Positions 38,261 to 51,652 are shown, counted from the first letter of the whole stretch. The stretch is DNA of 63,131 nt, filler included, from Reticulomyxa filosa (GCA_000512085.1; 17 parts of 17 records of this genome joined end to end with filler, not necessarily neighbours in it), one strand, 5' to 3'. Notes: generated by a model not told the origin, from the sequence alone. A program made the numbers and translations.

Positions 38261-40619
38261 GAAAATGATCTAGTTTTTGTAATGTAAATAAAAGCTATTT
38301 TTTAAAAAAAATCTCAGCACGATAGTTGTTGTATTTTAATTATTTTCCAATAAAAATTATATAAAATAATAAGTGAGTTATAAGAGGGGACTTAGTTCCA
38401 GTTTTTTTATGTTCGTACGTGTAATATAAGTCTTTTGAAGACAAGCAAACTAAAGCTTTGCACAAAGAACTTGAAATTTCCTGTTTTGGAGTAGTGAGTA
38501 TTTCTTGTCTGTAAAGAAACAGAGACTTCAGTATCTTTGAAAAGAAAAAAAAAGACAATGAATTCTCTTTTCGTCACTTAACAGTACAAAACCCTTTTCC
38601 TTGTTCATTCAGAATGGAAAACAAGAAATGAATTATTTGGTATTTGAAGAAAAATTAATTAATTAATGATATGCAATAAAATACAAAAAAACATATAACA
38701 AAATAAGAGACTACTACAAAAAAGGATTTATTCTTTTTTTTAAATTTATCAACAAAAAGTGATAATAGTTCACTTTTTTAAAGTTGCTAGTTTATTATCG
38801 TTGTAGCCAATCAAAGAAGAATTTTTTTTACTTCGTTGTAACAAACGGCAAAACGCAACAACTCCTTAGCGTTGAGAGAAGCCAGACAATTCTGTCACTT
38901 TGTATATTTAACCGAAAGTGCTTCCGTTTATTGAATGAAATACTGTTCATGTACAGAAAAAAACTGAAGTAAAATTTGTTTAAGTTTTTTTTTATGTTAA
39001 AAAGCTTTCTTTTTGGACAAGAAAGATTGTTGGCTGCAATTTTGCGCATCAAATTAAAAGGATCTCCAGCGCTTGTGGTACAAAATGTTGCTGTTTTTGT
39101 TCTCAATCTAATACACATACAAGAAATCTATATAGTAACAAACAACCAGTCTCTCTTTCAAAAACTCGACTAGATATGTGCAAACGAAAAAAAAGGAAAA
39201 AATATATCACCAAGTGAGTGTACTGAGAAAAAGTATTGCTTGTGTTCTTTGCTTTTAAGTAGCAGTTTTTTCATTTCGATTTTTTTCCTTTAAGTTTGTC
39301 AAACCCTTTTTTTGTTGTTTAAGAAATTACAAAAAAACAAAAACTTTACTTATAATTTTAATAATCAGTATTTTTTATAAAAATATGATAAAGGAATAAT
39401 TTTTGATATTTATTAATTGTGGGTCATTTTTTATTTTTTTGAACCTATTTTTAAAAATGACCCAGTTTTTATTCGTGNNNNNNNNNNNNNNNNNNNNNNN
39501 NNNNNNNNNNNNNNNNNNNNNTTAATTAATTAANNNNNNNNNNNNNNNNNNNNNNNNNNNNNNNNNNNNNNNNNNNNATTTCAGAAAAAAGATAAAATTA
39601 TTCGTTTGCCAAACAAAAAAAAAAAAAAGAAAGGAATGGCAAAGGCCGTACAAAAAAGAACGCAAACTCAACCAAAAATAAAAGGCCTATTGAATCAAAA
39701 CGAAAATCTCTTTGAAAATATCAAAAATATTTGATATTAAAAAAAAACAATGATAAAAAAACACAAGCAAAGGAAATATAGATTCACTGTTTCTTGTGAT
39801 TTCATCGAATTTGTTTCTTTCGCTACGTTGGCAACTGGCATTGATGGCTAATTGGGTTGGAAGATATTCTCATACAAAAGGCAGCTGATCAGATGATCGA
39901 TAAATAGACGAATAATATCTAATTGAATTGAATAAATGAATGAGCGAGTATATGTTGGGTCAATAATGAACTTGGACAAAGTCGACGTGTGGCTTTCAAT
40001 GATAGAATATCCGATAAAATTAGACTATTGACCCAAACGAATTCACTTGATTTGTATCACACACATAATATAATTAATTTACTTTACATAATAAAGATAT
40101 GATCTGCAACTCGAATATGATTAATTTATATAGACATCCATATATCGGATAGTGAATAGTGTGGAAGGTATTATTATGAATGTCGAATATTTGCTTTGTA
40201 TTGGCTTTTTTTGCTCCAATGTGGGTGATATGCGAAATAGTTTGATGTTTAGATAACTGGGCACATATGCAATGCATCATCTTATAAATTGTAAATATTG
40301 TAAAAGATTGTCCTGTAATGATGTGAAATGAGACCATGTATCGATTTGCAGTGTCTTTGTTGTTGTTTTTTTTTACTTAGGACTACCAGGACATATCTGT
40401 GTGCACGTATACATATGCATATGTGTAAATATTTTTATATTGGTATATACATTTATTTTTATGTAAAACAAAAAAAAATATGTACAAATGTATAAATATT
40501 AATACATATTTATGTTTTTTGTTGTAAAGTAAAAAGATAATGATACCTTCGTCAAAACAAGATGTAAGCAATCATTAAATTAAATAGAACTAGAAGAATG
40601 GAGTCGTATTGCACCAAAA

Positions 40620-40900
40620 AAAACAGAATCAAATTGAATGAACCACGACGAACCAAATTGAACCAAAATGTAATGACTTAAACTGAATTGAAACCAACTG
40701 AATCAAATCACATTGAAATGAACACAGGTGAACTGAATTGGACTACATTGAATATAATTGAGGTGAAGTGAATTAGGTTGGATCGAGTTGTCATGCATTA
40801 AATTAGATTGAATTGGATTGCATTGAGGTGAAATGAATTAGATTGAAGTGAGATAGATTGAACTGGATTGAATTATAATGAATTGAGATGGATTGAATTG
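40620..40900. repeat. Degenerate pentanucleotide tandem repeat (consensus about GAATT/GATTG)
   Basis: 5-nt periodic runs such as TTAGATTGAATTGGATTGCATTGAGGTGAAATGAATTAGATTGAA. Confidence 0.75.
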
Positions 40901-41242
40901 ATATGGAGAAGTCGAGCATAACCGAAATCGATTTATTATTTGTTTTTATTAAATTCTGGAGCCGTACTCGTAGTTAGAGTTAATTTATCTGGGCGATGAC
41001 TGATGCATGGACAATTTTATACTATATCACATTTGTGGTTTCTTTCTTTCATTTGGGACATTGATTAATGGGCGAGCAAAGAACAGGAGCACCTTGCACA
41101 AAACACAAATATACGTAATATCATTATGTATATAATAACAACNNNNNNNNNNNNNNNNNNNNNNNNNNNNNNNNNNNNNNNNNNNNTTAATTAATTAANN
41201 NNNNNNNNNNNNNNNNNNNNNNNNNNNNNNNNNNNNNNNNNN

Positions 41243-43074
41243 ATTGTGAACAATGAGAACAATTAATTTGTCATGTTTCGTTTTCTCCTCGTCAGCGTCA
41301 TAATACAAAGAATAAGCGGTTTCGAGGATGCACTTAGTTTGGAAAAATTGTGTTAAATCTTCGCTTTGTGCTGATATTGCAAAATAAATTGGTCTTTACT
41401 GGTACTTTCAAAAAATTCTTTCACATCTTTTTCCAAATGATTCACTTTCATGTATTCACTGACACGCTTACTACGCCATTTTCGCTGAAAGGCATTGCAT
41501 TCCAAGTCGCAGGTCAGAATTAACAACATTTCTTTATTGGAATTTTTCTTTGAAGCCTTCAAAACTTGTTCCTGGATATATGCATTTGTTGTTGGATAAA
41601 ACATACAACTACTTCTTTTACATACATGCATCTATGCACATATAAAAATGAATCTTAACAAATGTCATAAACGGTTGGCCAACGTTGTCCAAATCAAGCG
41701 ACGATTTTATTACCAACTCCACAATTTTGGCTGGATGTCGCAGTGAAGAGAATAATTCTAACAATTGCATCATATCGTCTTGTTTGGAATCTTCAGCTTG
41801 ATCATCGCTTGTCGGGTGTAGTCCCTGTTGTGGGTGTATATAAGTAATGGCCGAAGGAATGGTGTCCGAATTGTATCCGCAAAACAATTCAGATAATTCG
41901 CTTTCTTTGGAAAGGCGATATAATTTGATCAAACACTTTTTAAAGTCTTCTGCTTTTTAGCATTAGTTGATGACAATGATCCGACATGAGAAAGGCATTG
42001 TCTTTCGAAGCGTCCAAAGAATGCTTTTTGCATCTTATCATAGATGACAATCAATCAAAAAAAATTTTTTTTTTGAAGAAAATTTTTTTTTAATGCTTAA
42101 CTGGATTCTGCATGTCTTGCTCGGAAACAATGACAATACATTTAAACCTCTCTAAAACAATGCATTCTTTGCTCCGGCTCTCCATTGCCACCCGACAAAA
42201 TTGCTGTTCTATATAAGTGTAAATATAAATAAATATGTGCATGGATATAATTGTAAAAAAAAACAAAAACATGCACACTTTGAGCATTTTTACGATATCT
42301 TTGATTAAGCATGTCGTAAAGACATTCGTGGATCGACTTCAAATGATATAAAACAACGTTTTTTCCAGCTTCCATGCAATTGATGACTTTGTGCAAATGG
42401 TCATAGCTTGTCATTGTAGCCGTATCTGATGCAAATTTACTCTCAAATAGAAATACGGTATCCTCGTATGGTAATAGATTTTGATCCAACAACAATTGCC
42501 ACGAGTATGGTTTATTACATATCACCAGACAGTGCCTGCAATCTTCATCTTTGAGATTCATTTCGATACATTTCAACGATCCCCAAAGGTTCATTAAGTT
42601 CAATGATTCTATTTCTGGTTTTAATATCTCAGTTAAATATTTTTGAAAATTTGCATCTCTGCAGCCACCCAAATTTCTCATAATACCTTCCAAATTTTGC
42701 TTTGGTAATGGGTGACGTATATGATAGCGAATTAAGGCATAGAAATCTCGTCTCCCCAACCAATTCTCTTTGTAAAGCAACATTTGGTCTTTTTTTGACA
42801 TGCTTTTGCCCAATTTGTCGAATACACGAACAAGCAATTTTATTTCATTCACTGAAAATTTTGTGCGTATAGTGCTTTCTTTCAAAATTGCTTCTGCAAT
42901 ATTTTCAATATCAGATTTGAGATTGTTTGGGATTTGATGCACAATGACACGATTCATTTTAGCAGCGTCCAAAGGCCGGTTGGATAATGCGACAAGTGAA
43001 ATTCCGGGATTTTCCAAGAGATGATGCAATACTTTCAAGGGTGAATGTTTAGAACGCTCTGCCAAACCAATTTC
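41243..43074 (-). CDS. RNF213: RNF213/mysterin-like AAA+ protein, internal fragment; 1-nt slip at ~41955
   Basis: EIGLAERSKHSPLKVLHHLLE (post-Walker B), VALSNRPLDAAKMNR, GRRDFYALIR, IMRNLGG, KVINCMEAGKNVVL, IHECLYDMLNQRY, CRVAM, FKCIVI and FFGRFER occur in RNF213 order. Confidence 0.88.
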
Positions 43075-43174
43075 NNNNNNNNNNNNNNNNNNNNNNNNNN
43101 NNNNNNNNNNNNNNNNNNTTAATTAATTAANNNNNNNNNNNNNNNNNNNNNNNNNNNNNNNNNNNNNNNNNNNN

Positions 43175-44210
43175 GTGTTTGTGTGTTTTATACGTGGTTT
43201 GTGTATACGTGATATCGACCTTCTTTTTTTTTTTATAACTCTTTTGAAAAGGTCGTTCCCTTCGTTGTCCAATTTGGTAAACATTTCGATGTTGTTCTGC
43301 AACAGCGAAGTGGTGTTTTCTTTCAGTATTTGTAACTCGCGATTGGTGGTGTCTCCGTCAATGTCATGTCTATTCGGACACTCTTTGTGCAGCGTGGTCA
43401 AATGATGGATGCGATTGTCCAAAGTCTGTTCTTGTTTCTTCAGCTCTTCGAGTTCCCGACTGGCCGTGTCGCCATCCCCTTTCGAATAGTAACTGTCTTT
43501 CCACGCCTGCTCTTGTTGCTTGAACGTTGTAATACGCTGCGTGATGGCCGCACTTGGAGCCGTCTTTGTTCCTTTCGTCAGCACTCGATCTTCCTCTTTC
43601 ATCTTTGCCTGCAGCAATGCCAATGCTTGCTCTCGAACTGATTGTCTTATTATTTATATTTACCATATATACCGTACGTATACATGGTATATGTTTGATT
43701 GGTTTGGTCATTTGTTTAATTTATTTATTTATGTATTTTATATATATTTATTTATTTATTTATTTTTATATATTTATTTTTATACCGTTTTGCAATGTTC
43801 CCATTTGTCGGTGTATCTATTTGTTGGTCTTTGTCTTTATTCTCATGGCTGGTATCGTCGCCCTTCTTCTTCTTCTTCTTTTCAATTGGCAACTCTGCAG
43901 ACAAGGGTGACACTGTTTGTTCTGCTGTGTCCTTGTCAATCGTTCTCTCCTCTTGGTTCTCACTCTTTTCCACTGGAATTGCATCTGGAGTGATATCAGC
44001 TGCCAACTCAGTCTTCTCGGCCTCGGCGTGTCTCTCACAGGTGTCGTGCTGGTCGTTTGTTCCAAGCGATTCCGTGTGGCAAGCATTGGTCTCCTTTGGT
44101 CATTGTTGTTTTCGACTGTTTCAAACTGCCTTGTCAATCAAACAGACAAACAAACAAAATAAATAAATCAATTAATCAATTAATCAATTAATCAATTAAT
44201 CAATCAATCG

Positions 44211-44246
<36 letters not shown>

Positions 44247-45314
44247 GTTTTACCATTGAATGAGCAATGTGAATAATTTGTTCAGACACGATATGGCTAG
44301 ACGACAACGAAACCTTGCGCCTGGCGTGATCTCTGCGAAAGGGGACGGACAAGTGCGGTGGACGGCAATTGTAAATGTGAAAGCAATGACGTGCGTTGAT
44401 GGCGAAGGCCAGCAAGGCGAGTTCGACGACATAGAAGTTGACAAGAGCGTCGCAACACAACGACGACAAGGAGCGATTGGAGGAATACAAAGGATACAAG
44501 TCGAGCAATAACTCGGACGCGACAAAGACATCGGATTGATCGGAGGTTTGCGCATTTATTCGTTTCAGGAGTCGCACGGCAGACGGAGTGAAGAGTACGC
44601 TGCCTTTGCCGTCTTTGCCAAACGATACAATGAGAAGTGGAGTCTGATCGCAATATTGTTCGTCGTCGTCGTCGTCGTCGTCGTCGTGTATCAATGGAAT
44701 GGACTCACGATGACAATAGCCTGTCCACTCTTTGCTCGGCTTGTCGCACGTGCGCACATGCAGTCGCACTTCGATGTCCGCCTCCTTATCTTTCACGTGC
44801 TTGCACAAACTACTCAAGTAATGCCACAACAATATGCTTATCTTCTCTCCGTCGATCAGTCGACATTCCAACGCTTTCGTCGCTTCATTCGATTCGAAAT
44901 AGTAATACAACAAATGTTCTTGCGAGTGTGACAAGGCCACATAGTGACCATCCTTTACTCCTTCTTTGCGAATCAGTGTCTCTTTTTCCATTATTTCATT
45001 GGATATTTCTTTTCGTGTCTTTTCAAATTATTCATTTTTAAAAAAAAAAAAAAAAAAAAAAAAATACTCTTTTTATTATCAAAAACATATACCTTCCTCT
45101 ATATACACATGCACACACACACACACACACACACACCCATAAAAGTTGGACTTGGCATCGCCGTGGATGATCTTGTTGGTATGTGTTATCGTGAAATAGC
45201 TGAATTGCGCCGAGCGTCTCTTTTGTCGGAACGCACATGCGCTGCATGCATCGAATGACATCGGCCAGTGTCGAATTGTGATCGCAATCTATCCCTACGA
45301 AGGACGACGACGAC
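43175..45314 (-). CDS. Phosphoacetylglucosamine mutase (PGM3/AGM1)-like protein with degenerate active-site loops and a coiled-coil tail; partial at both ends
   Basis: VGIDCD, LLYYYF, RLIDGEKISIL, SFGKDGKGSVLF and DALVNFYVVE are colinear with PGM3 VDCAN, IVYYY, LIDGDKIATL, YFEANGHGTALF and DAISDMLVIE. Downstream exons (44135-43785, 43640-43240) are charged or coiled-coil. Confidence 0.62.
44167..44245. repeat. Intronic microsatellite (TCAATTAA)n-(TCAA)n
   Basis: Directly visible tandem units. Confidence 0.9.
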
Positions 45315-46357
45315 NNNNNNNNNNNNNNNNNNNNNNNNNNNNNNNNNNNNNNNNNNNNTTAATTAATTAANNNNNNNNNNNNNNNNNNNNNNNNNNNNNN
45401 NNNNNNNNNNNNNNTTTGGATCTCTTCTTCTTTTGACTATTTTAATTAAACGTAATAATGCTAAATAAAAGAACTAATAAAAGCGTAAAGACAACTTAGA
45501 CTTAACTTTGATTGATAAGTTTAAGTTCATTCTTGAGCTTTTTTTAGTTCGTTCTTGATATGTTTTTTGATGATGCAAAATAAAAAAATAGTTGAACTTT
45601 TGTTTAAAAAAGGAAAAACTGAACTAATGTGTACATAAGAAAAATTTTGAAATGAAAGATAAATGTTACATTTTGTAAAATATCTTCGCAACAATTTTAC
45701 AATGCAAAAATTTTGAAATTAAAAAATAGAAGGTTACTTATTTTTGAATTTTTTATTAAATCTGTGTAAGAACAAATACCTTTCTGAATAAATTGTAAGA
45801 TATTTGAATTAGTGTTGATATTTATAACTATTCCTTTAATGTTAACTTTCATATTTCATTAAAAATGGCGAAGATACAACAATGTTAATTTCCATAAATG
45901 TTCTTAAGCAAGGATATGCAGATTTTTGATTTCAATCAGATGGCCATGTAAGTGAATTACAGATATCATTAATTCTATTTTTTAAAATTTTTGATTTAGC
46001 AAATCAAACAAAAATTGTTATCCATTGCTCATGAAAGGATAGAGTATTTTTGGGATCAAAGTATTTAAAATAAAAAACAACAAGTCTCAAATGAATCATT
46101 TGGACCCGCAATTTGATGTCCTTGTGTAACTGACCAAATGGTCAAAAAATCGTTTTATTATGTCCATATAATCACATATTTTTGTTTATATTTGTTCCTC
46201 TCATTGTTGGAATATTTTCACCACGACAACAAATATTTTTAGAAAATTCCATTTCATGACAATTTAATATTGTAAGCACTTCGTCAATTTATAATTATAC
46301 TTTTTTATATTTTTTTTTGTTGAAAATTATATTTTTATCACTTATTATTGCTGTATA

Positions 46358-46532
46358 CATTAAGATAAAAAAGAAAGTTGATATCTAAAATGCCACCTTA
46401 TAGAGATAATTGTGTTTCTCCATGAAAAAACAACACTTAATCAAAATTTTTTTAAAAAAAATATTTACGAATCTTGTAGTTTTTAAATATCATTTTGAAT
46501 TTAGTTTTTTATTAAGTCTTTACAATTTTTTC
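46358..46532 (+). mobile_element. Left end of a MITE-family copy, truncated by the contig end
   Basis: TA|CATTAAG...CTAAAATGCCACCTTATAGAGA...TTTCTCCATGAAAA...AATCTTGTAGTTTTTAAATAT matches the TIR at 61897. Confidence 0.7.
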
Positions 46533-47386
46533 NNNNNNNNNNNNNNNNNNNNNNNNNNNNNNNNNNNNNNNNNNNNTTAATTAATTAANNNNNNNNNNNN
46601 NNNNNNNNNNNNNNNNNNNNNNNNNNNNNNNNCGTCGAACACTCTTAATGCTAAACAAGGATCGATACCCTCTCACAAGCCGCCCGTTGCCAGTAAAAGA
46701 TTTACTATATCAGTCACCTCGGTACACTAAAGCAACTGATGACAAGATACGCGGTAAGTTAAAAGCACAATCTCACAAAATCTAACTACTATAAAAAATG
46801 TTTATATCACTAAAAAAATTTTTACTAATTAAAAATTTTCTAATTAAAATTTTCTTTCTTGATCAAAAATATTTCAAAATACTACTTTTTAAATATTAAT
46901 TTTTTTTATTTTTTTTTTTGTATAAGATCAGATTCTCCTGGTTGTATTTAGTGTGAAGAAAAAGATACTGTCAAACATTTCCTAATGGAATGCAGTACAT
47001 TGAATTACGTCGCAATTGATGGGCAAATGTCCAAGAACTGCTTCCAGATATCAATATATTGTCACTGTCAATGAAACAGTTCATCATTGGGATTGATCGT
47101 GGAAACCAAAAGTTGTGAATGCAGCCATGTTCGTAATCGATACCAATTGTCAAATTTCAATTTAAATTGAAATAACTTTATTATTTTTCTTTTGGACATT
47201 GTAAGATTTGGTGTGTCATTCTTTTGTTTTGTGTTTCTTTTGATTACTGTGTTCTACTTCTTAGAACGAAGTGCTCTTTTAACTTGAAAGACCTGATTTT
47301 GTGCACGGAAATTGCAAAAAGCATTGCGAGTTGAGGATGAAGCGATATATTAGTCCAACTCGACATGCTCCATCCAAAAAAAAGCA

Positions 47387-47495
47387 TTCGAGAAAGAATT
47401 ACAATCTGCTATGAAAATTACTGAATATATTGCCATTGGAGAAGATTGGAATGCACATCATCCTCATGGTTGGATCATAATATCGACGATGTAGT
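47387..47495 (+). mobile_element. Decayed non-LTR retrotransposon APE-type endonuclease fragment
   Basis: FEKELQSAMKITEYIAIGEDWNAHHP, then after a frameshift WLDHNIDDV. This matches the APE motif GDxNAHH..W. Confidence 0.65.
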
Positions 47496-48429
47496 TGTCC
47501 AATGAATTACATATTATTAATGGACAAAGCAGTCGAACCTTGGACCAAATGTGCTGACGATATGGATTGGCAACAAACTATGAACAAGCAAAAATTGCAA
47601 ACAAAATTGATAAACCTTTTTTAGTAATGATAAGTGTTTAAATTTTGTTTTGGTTTTCTTTAATTTGTTGAAAGAAGTAGATTGAATTTCAATATTTTAT
47701 GAGACTCAGAGGATTCGGCTTAGCAACGCTATCCACAGGGAATAGCCAAAATTGTTTTCACAACCGTTGATTGGTCTCAACTTACAATCTTTGAAATTTG
47801 TTTTTTATAAAGAAAAGTAAAAGATCAACAAAAATTTCTCAAATCACACACAATCGACACCAAGCGAAAATATATAGTACGTGGTCTTTTTACTAGGATA
47901 ATATCTTATTCGCCAAAAAAATTTTTTTATATTTTGTGCCATTACTTAACTTGCTTTTTGTTGATTAATATAATTGAAGTTATTATCAAATCATTCATTT
48001 TAGAATATAATATTTATATTTATTGAATTATTATTTATACAATTTGTATTTATGTAGTTAGTACAATCAAGAAAAACAGTTTTTGAGTTTTTTGTGTTAT
48101 GCGCAAGTATAGTATGTGTTGCGTTATCATGTAAATTCTAGTACTATTTTTGCAAAGCTCTTCAAATAGTCTACATTCGATTATTATTGTCAACTATACC
48201 ATTTTCTTTTAAACCATATACAATATATTTTGTGAATTACTTCATTGAAATTAATTTATCAAATTTATTATTATTTATTTTTTAAAAAATACAAATCTTG
48301 TTTTGTGTAACTTTTGCATCTGATGTTGATCGTTTTTTCCAAAACTTTGTGTTTTCCAATGTAATCTTTTTTTTCTTTTGCTTTTCTGCTACTCTTTAGT
48401 TTACTCTTTTTATTTCTTTAGTCAAATTT

Positions 48430-50574
48430 TTCGTGCTATTTGTGACAACTTTTTTTTCAATTGATCTGCATCCAGCTTGGCTCAAATCGTGTTTTCGAGA
48501 TATGATGCCAACACTTGTTTCAAATTTCTGCAAATATTTGATTACTCTAAATCTTGAATACTTTCCATTGCCTTTTTCGACAGAACTGTGTTCGGATGTG
48601 CATTCTTATAAAACTCCGACAAATCTGCAAACAGATCTTTATTACAATATTCTACTTGTCGTCTTCCTTTTCTTTATTGCATCTTGTTTAAATCGTCCAG
48701 TTTCCCATGCTTTTTTTAAAAGATATTTTTAAAAAATTTCATATAATAAAAAAAAAATAGCTTCTTACACTATAAATTTGAACATCTACTCTTTGCTATC
48801 TTTGGACTGCTAGCATGCTTGAATCCAATTGCACTTCCCCTTTTGATGCCTGAATGACGAATAACATTAGTTTTTTGTACGATTAATTATTTATACATAT
48901 CTGTGTAACGATCAAAGCAAAATAAATCATTATAGCGATAGAAAAAAAAGATCATATTTGACAATGTCATGAACTTTTTGCAAAACGGTCACTTTGTGAT
49001 TGTTTTCATCAAAAAGTTCAGTGAATTGTATTTTGAAATCCAAGCGACAGACTTTCTAGATTCCCAGATCGCATCCTAATTTCGGAACAACTCTTGTCCC
49101 GACTCTTCTGATACATATTTTTGGAGTTTCAGAATATTATTCAATTTCAGTTCATCACCATTCCCAAAATGGCGTCATATGTGATAAAGTTGTACTTTTT
49201 CAGTCTCGACAAGCCAATGGACACATTGTAATGTTTCTTTTGATCGTGTTCTGCCAACAATTTTTTTATTCTTTTATTGTTTGTTTAATCTTACTTATCA
49301 TCTCATGTTCCTGTTCATGCCTCCTCCTGTACCCATTTTTCTTCCCCTTCTTTTGATTATCCAGCTGTTGTAATCACGTTTCAATACTATCTATATCCAA
49401 TTTTACAACCACTTTTGCCCATCCGTCTTTTTTCTTCGTGTCTTTCGATACTTCCATTTTTTTATTATTGTACACGACAATATCTATCGAGTCTATGCAT
49501 ATATCCGGTCCGCTTCAGAGCATTCCAATGCAAGTTCTTCACTTTTACGCACGTCTATGGCCTGCGTTTGTGCATAGACTTCCATCCCAATAAGTCTGTC
49601 AGCGTTTGCAGACCCAGTCCCATCAACTGTACATGCGCTCCTGCGAGTGGAACAGATACACCAATTACTGTCGTTGAAGTCTGAACTTTATCTCCGTGAA
49701 CATGAGCAGGAGCAGTTATTAGATTGCTTCCATCAATTGGCGTATTTGTTGCTTTCGACGTGGTCGTGGGCAACTGCTCAGTGTTTATAGAGTAATAAGT
49801 GATATAGTTTTAACTTTTGTGTCTCCATTGGATTTGCCGTCTGGCATTGATTGCAGATGCTTGGTTGGAGCGACTATTGCAAAAACAAAACAAAACAAAA
49901 CAAAATTTAAACATAAAACAGAAGTATTCTCATTGGATTTGTGTTAATGTTACTGCTAGTTTTAGTGTTAGTGTTGACAATATGCCTTTTTTTGAGAATG
50001 TCCATTTGCAGTGGCATTAGTTGTGGAATGCTTCAGTCTCACCTAATTCATTTGCGTTCGTTGCTTGATCGATCGCGCTTTCTTTCGTCCAATTACGATC
50101 GCAGCGTTTCAATATCCGCTTGTTCAAACTCACTTCTTCATACTCAACTTCGTCTTCCACCAAACTGAACCACTTTTTCATCAGTTCGGAGCTGGTGAAC
50201 CGCCCTCTAATATTGTAATATCATTCCAAACTGACAATCAAAATTATATACATTTATATACATAATATATTAATTTGAGTAAAAATAATCTTGCATTAAT
50301 TGCAACTCTTGCAAAAGTTAACTTTTTTCTTTAAACTTTGTATTTTTGTTTTTCAGTTTTGTTGGTGTCGTCGAAGGACTCCAATCTCAATTTGGCTGTC
50401 ATTTCGCCAGTGGTGCTCACCTGATGATTTTTCGAAAACTGTCCACATATATATCTTGGAATTTGAGATCAAGAACAAGACCGCCAAAATGTTTGTCAAG
50501 TCTGTCAAGTGTTTTTCGCGCATTGCTTTTTTGAACAGCAAGTAATACGTTTGTTCGGTGTAAGTGGATATCAT
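48430..50574 (-). pseudogene. Formin (FH2) pseudogene
   Basis: Broken but ordered FH2 landmarks: KRRP*TCVKVKNLHWNAL, DIDSIET, DQKKHYNVSIGLSRLK..DAILGM, ILKLQKYV..QELFRN*, FKIQFTELFDE and SGIKRGSAIGFK. Multiple stops and frameshifts. Confidence 0.75.
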
Positions 50575-51304
50575 TCTTTACTTTGCGAGTCACCGTACGA
50601 GAAAAATCTAACAAACAAAAAAATTTAACAAACAACAAGTTTTTTTCCTGAACAAAAAGAAAAAATACTTGAACTGCAATACATATTTTTAATTTTAAGT
50701 CAAAAATATTTTTCCAATTGATAGTCTTATTCCAAAACATTATTTTAAGATTAAAAGGCCTTATCAGAACATAAATTGCTATTCTGCTTAAAGTATAATA
50801 AAGTGCTACTAAACTGTTATAATTAAGGATATTGTAAAAAAACAAAGAGTGACTTTGGAAGAGAAAGAAGACGCAAATTTATAAAAAACGCAACAATCTG
50901 CAAGCGCAGACTGTAGAATTTGCATCTCGAAATTGTGATTAATAACTTCCCTTAGCCTTGCATTAGGGTAAATACAACCGTAAAATGAAATTTTGAAATC
51001 GTTTCCAACACAGTAGACGCAGTGAAAGAGACTATAGTAATCGCCACTCTAAAAAAAGCAACGAACGAAATTTTAATGAAATGGGAAATACTAGAGAAGT
51101 TCGAACTGCAATAGAAAAGCGTAAGAAAGCACGTGTATCCATGAGTGATACTTTTTTACGTATAAATTAACTCTTTTTTGCGTGTAAGTTTTATGTTGAT
51201 TTCATTGGATTTATCTTTCCATCGTTTTTTCAAAGATACAATATCTTGAATGTTTTGAATACACGTCTCCATGCTAGTGAGTCTTCAAAACAACAGCATC
51301 TTTA

Positions 51305-51652
51305 CCCAAGCATGATTGATCTTTAAAAGATATGCACAGCACGAGCAAACATTGCATTGCCAATCTTATCAGCGTCCACATAGAGCGAGTCATACGTTTA
51401 ATTATGATTACGTAGATGTAGCCCACCTTTCATACTGATTGTGGAGATTAATCTAATAATGCAGATTAGGACACAATTGTGGGGACATATTCATAGCCCA
51501 TGATTGTCCAAAGGACTGTCCTTTGCTATCATCGCGCAGTCCTGCTGGTGCATCTCCTCCTAGTAATACTGAATGATCCAGAACCGCTCTGTACTATTCT
51601 TCATATCCAATATTTGTAGCGCTTGCGGTTCGTAAGCCGTCACCAAATATTC
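51305..51652 (-). pseudogene. Possible SET-domain pseudogene fragment
   Basis: GDGLRTASATNIGYEE*YRAVL, then SLYVDADKIGN, then INHA. These resemble SET motifs GxGLRA, EYxG, IDA...GN and INH. Confidence 0.4.

Noticed and set aside
46735-46765. CTGATGA hammerhead-like core
   Set aside because: No stem II or downstream GAAA in the required geometry.
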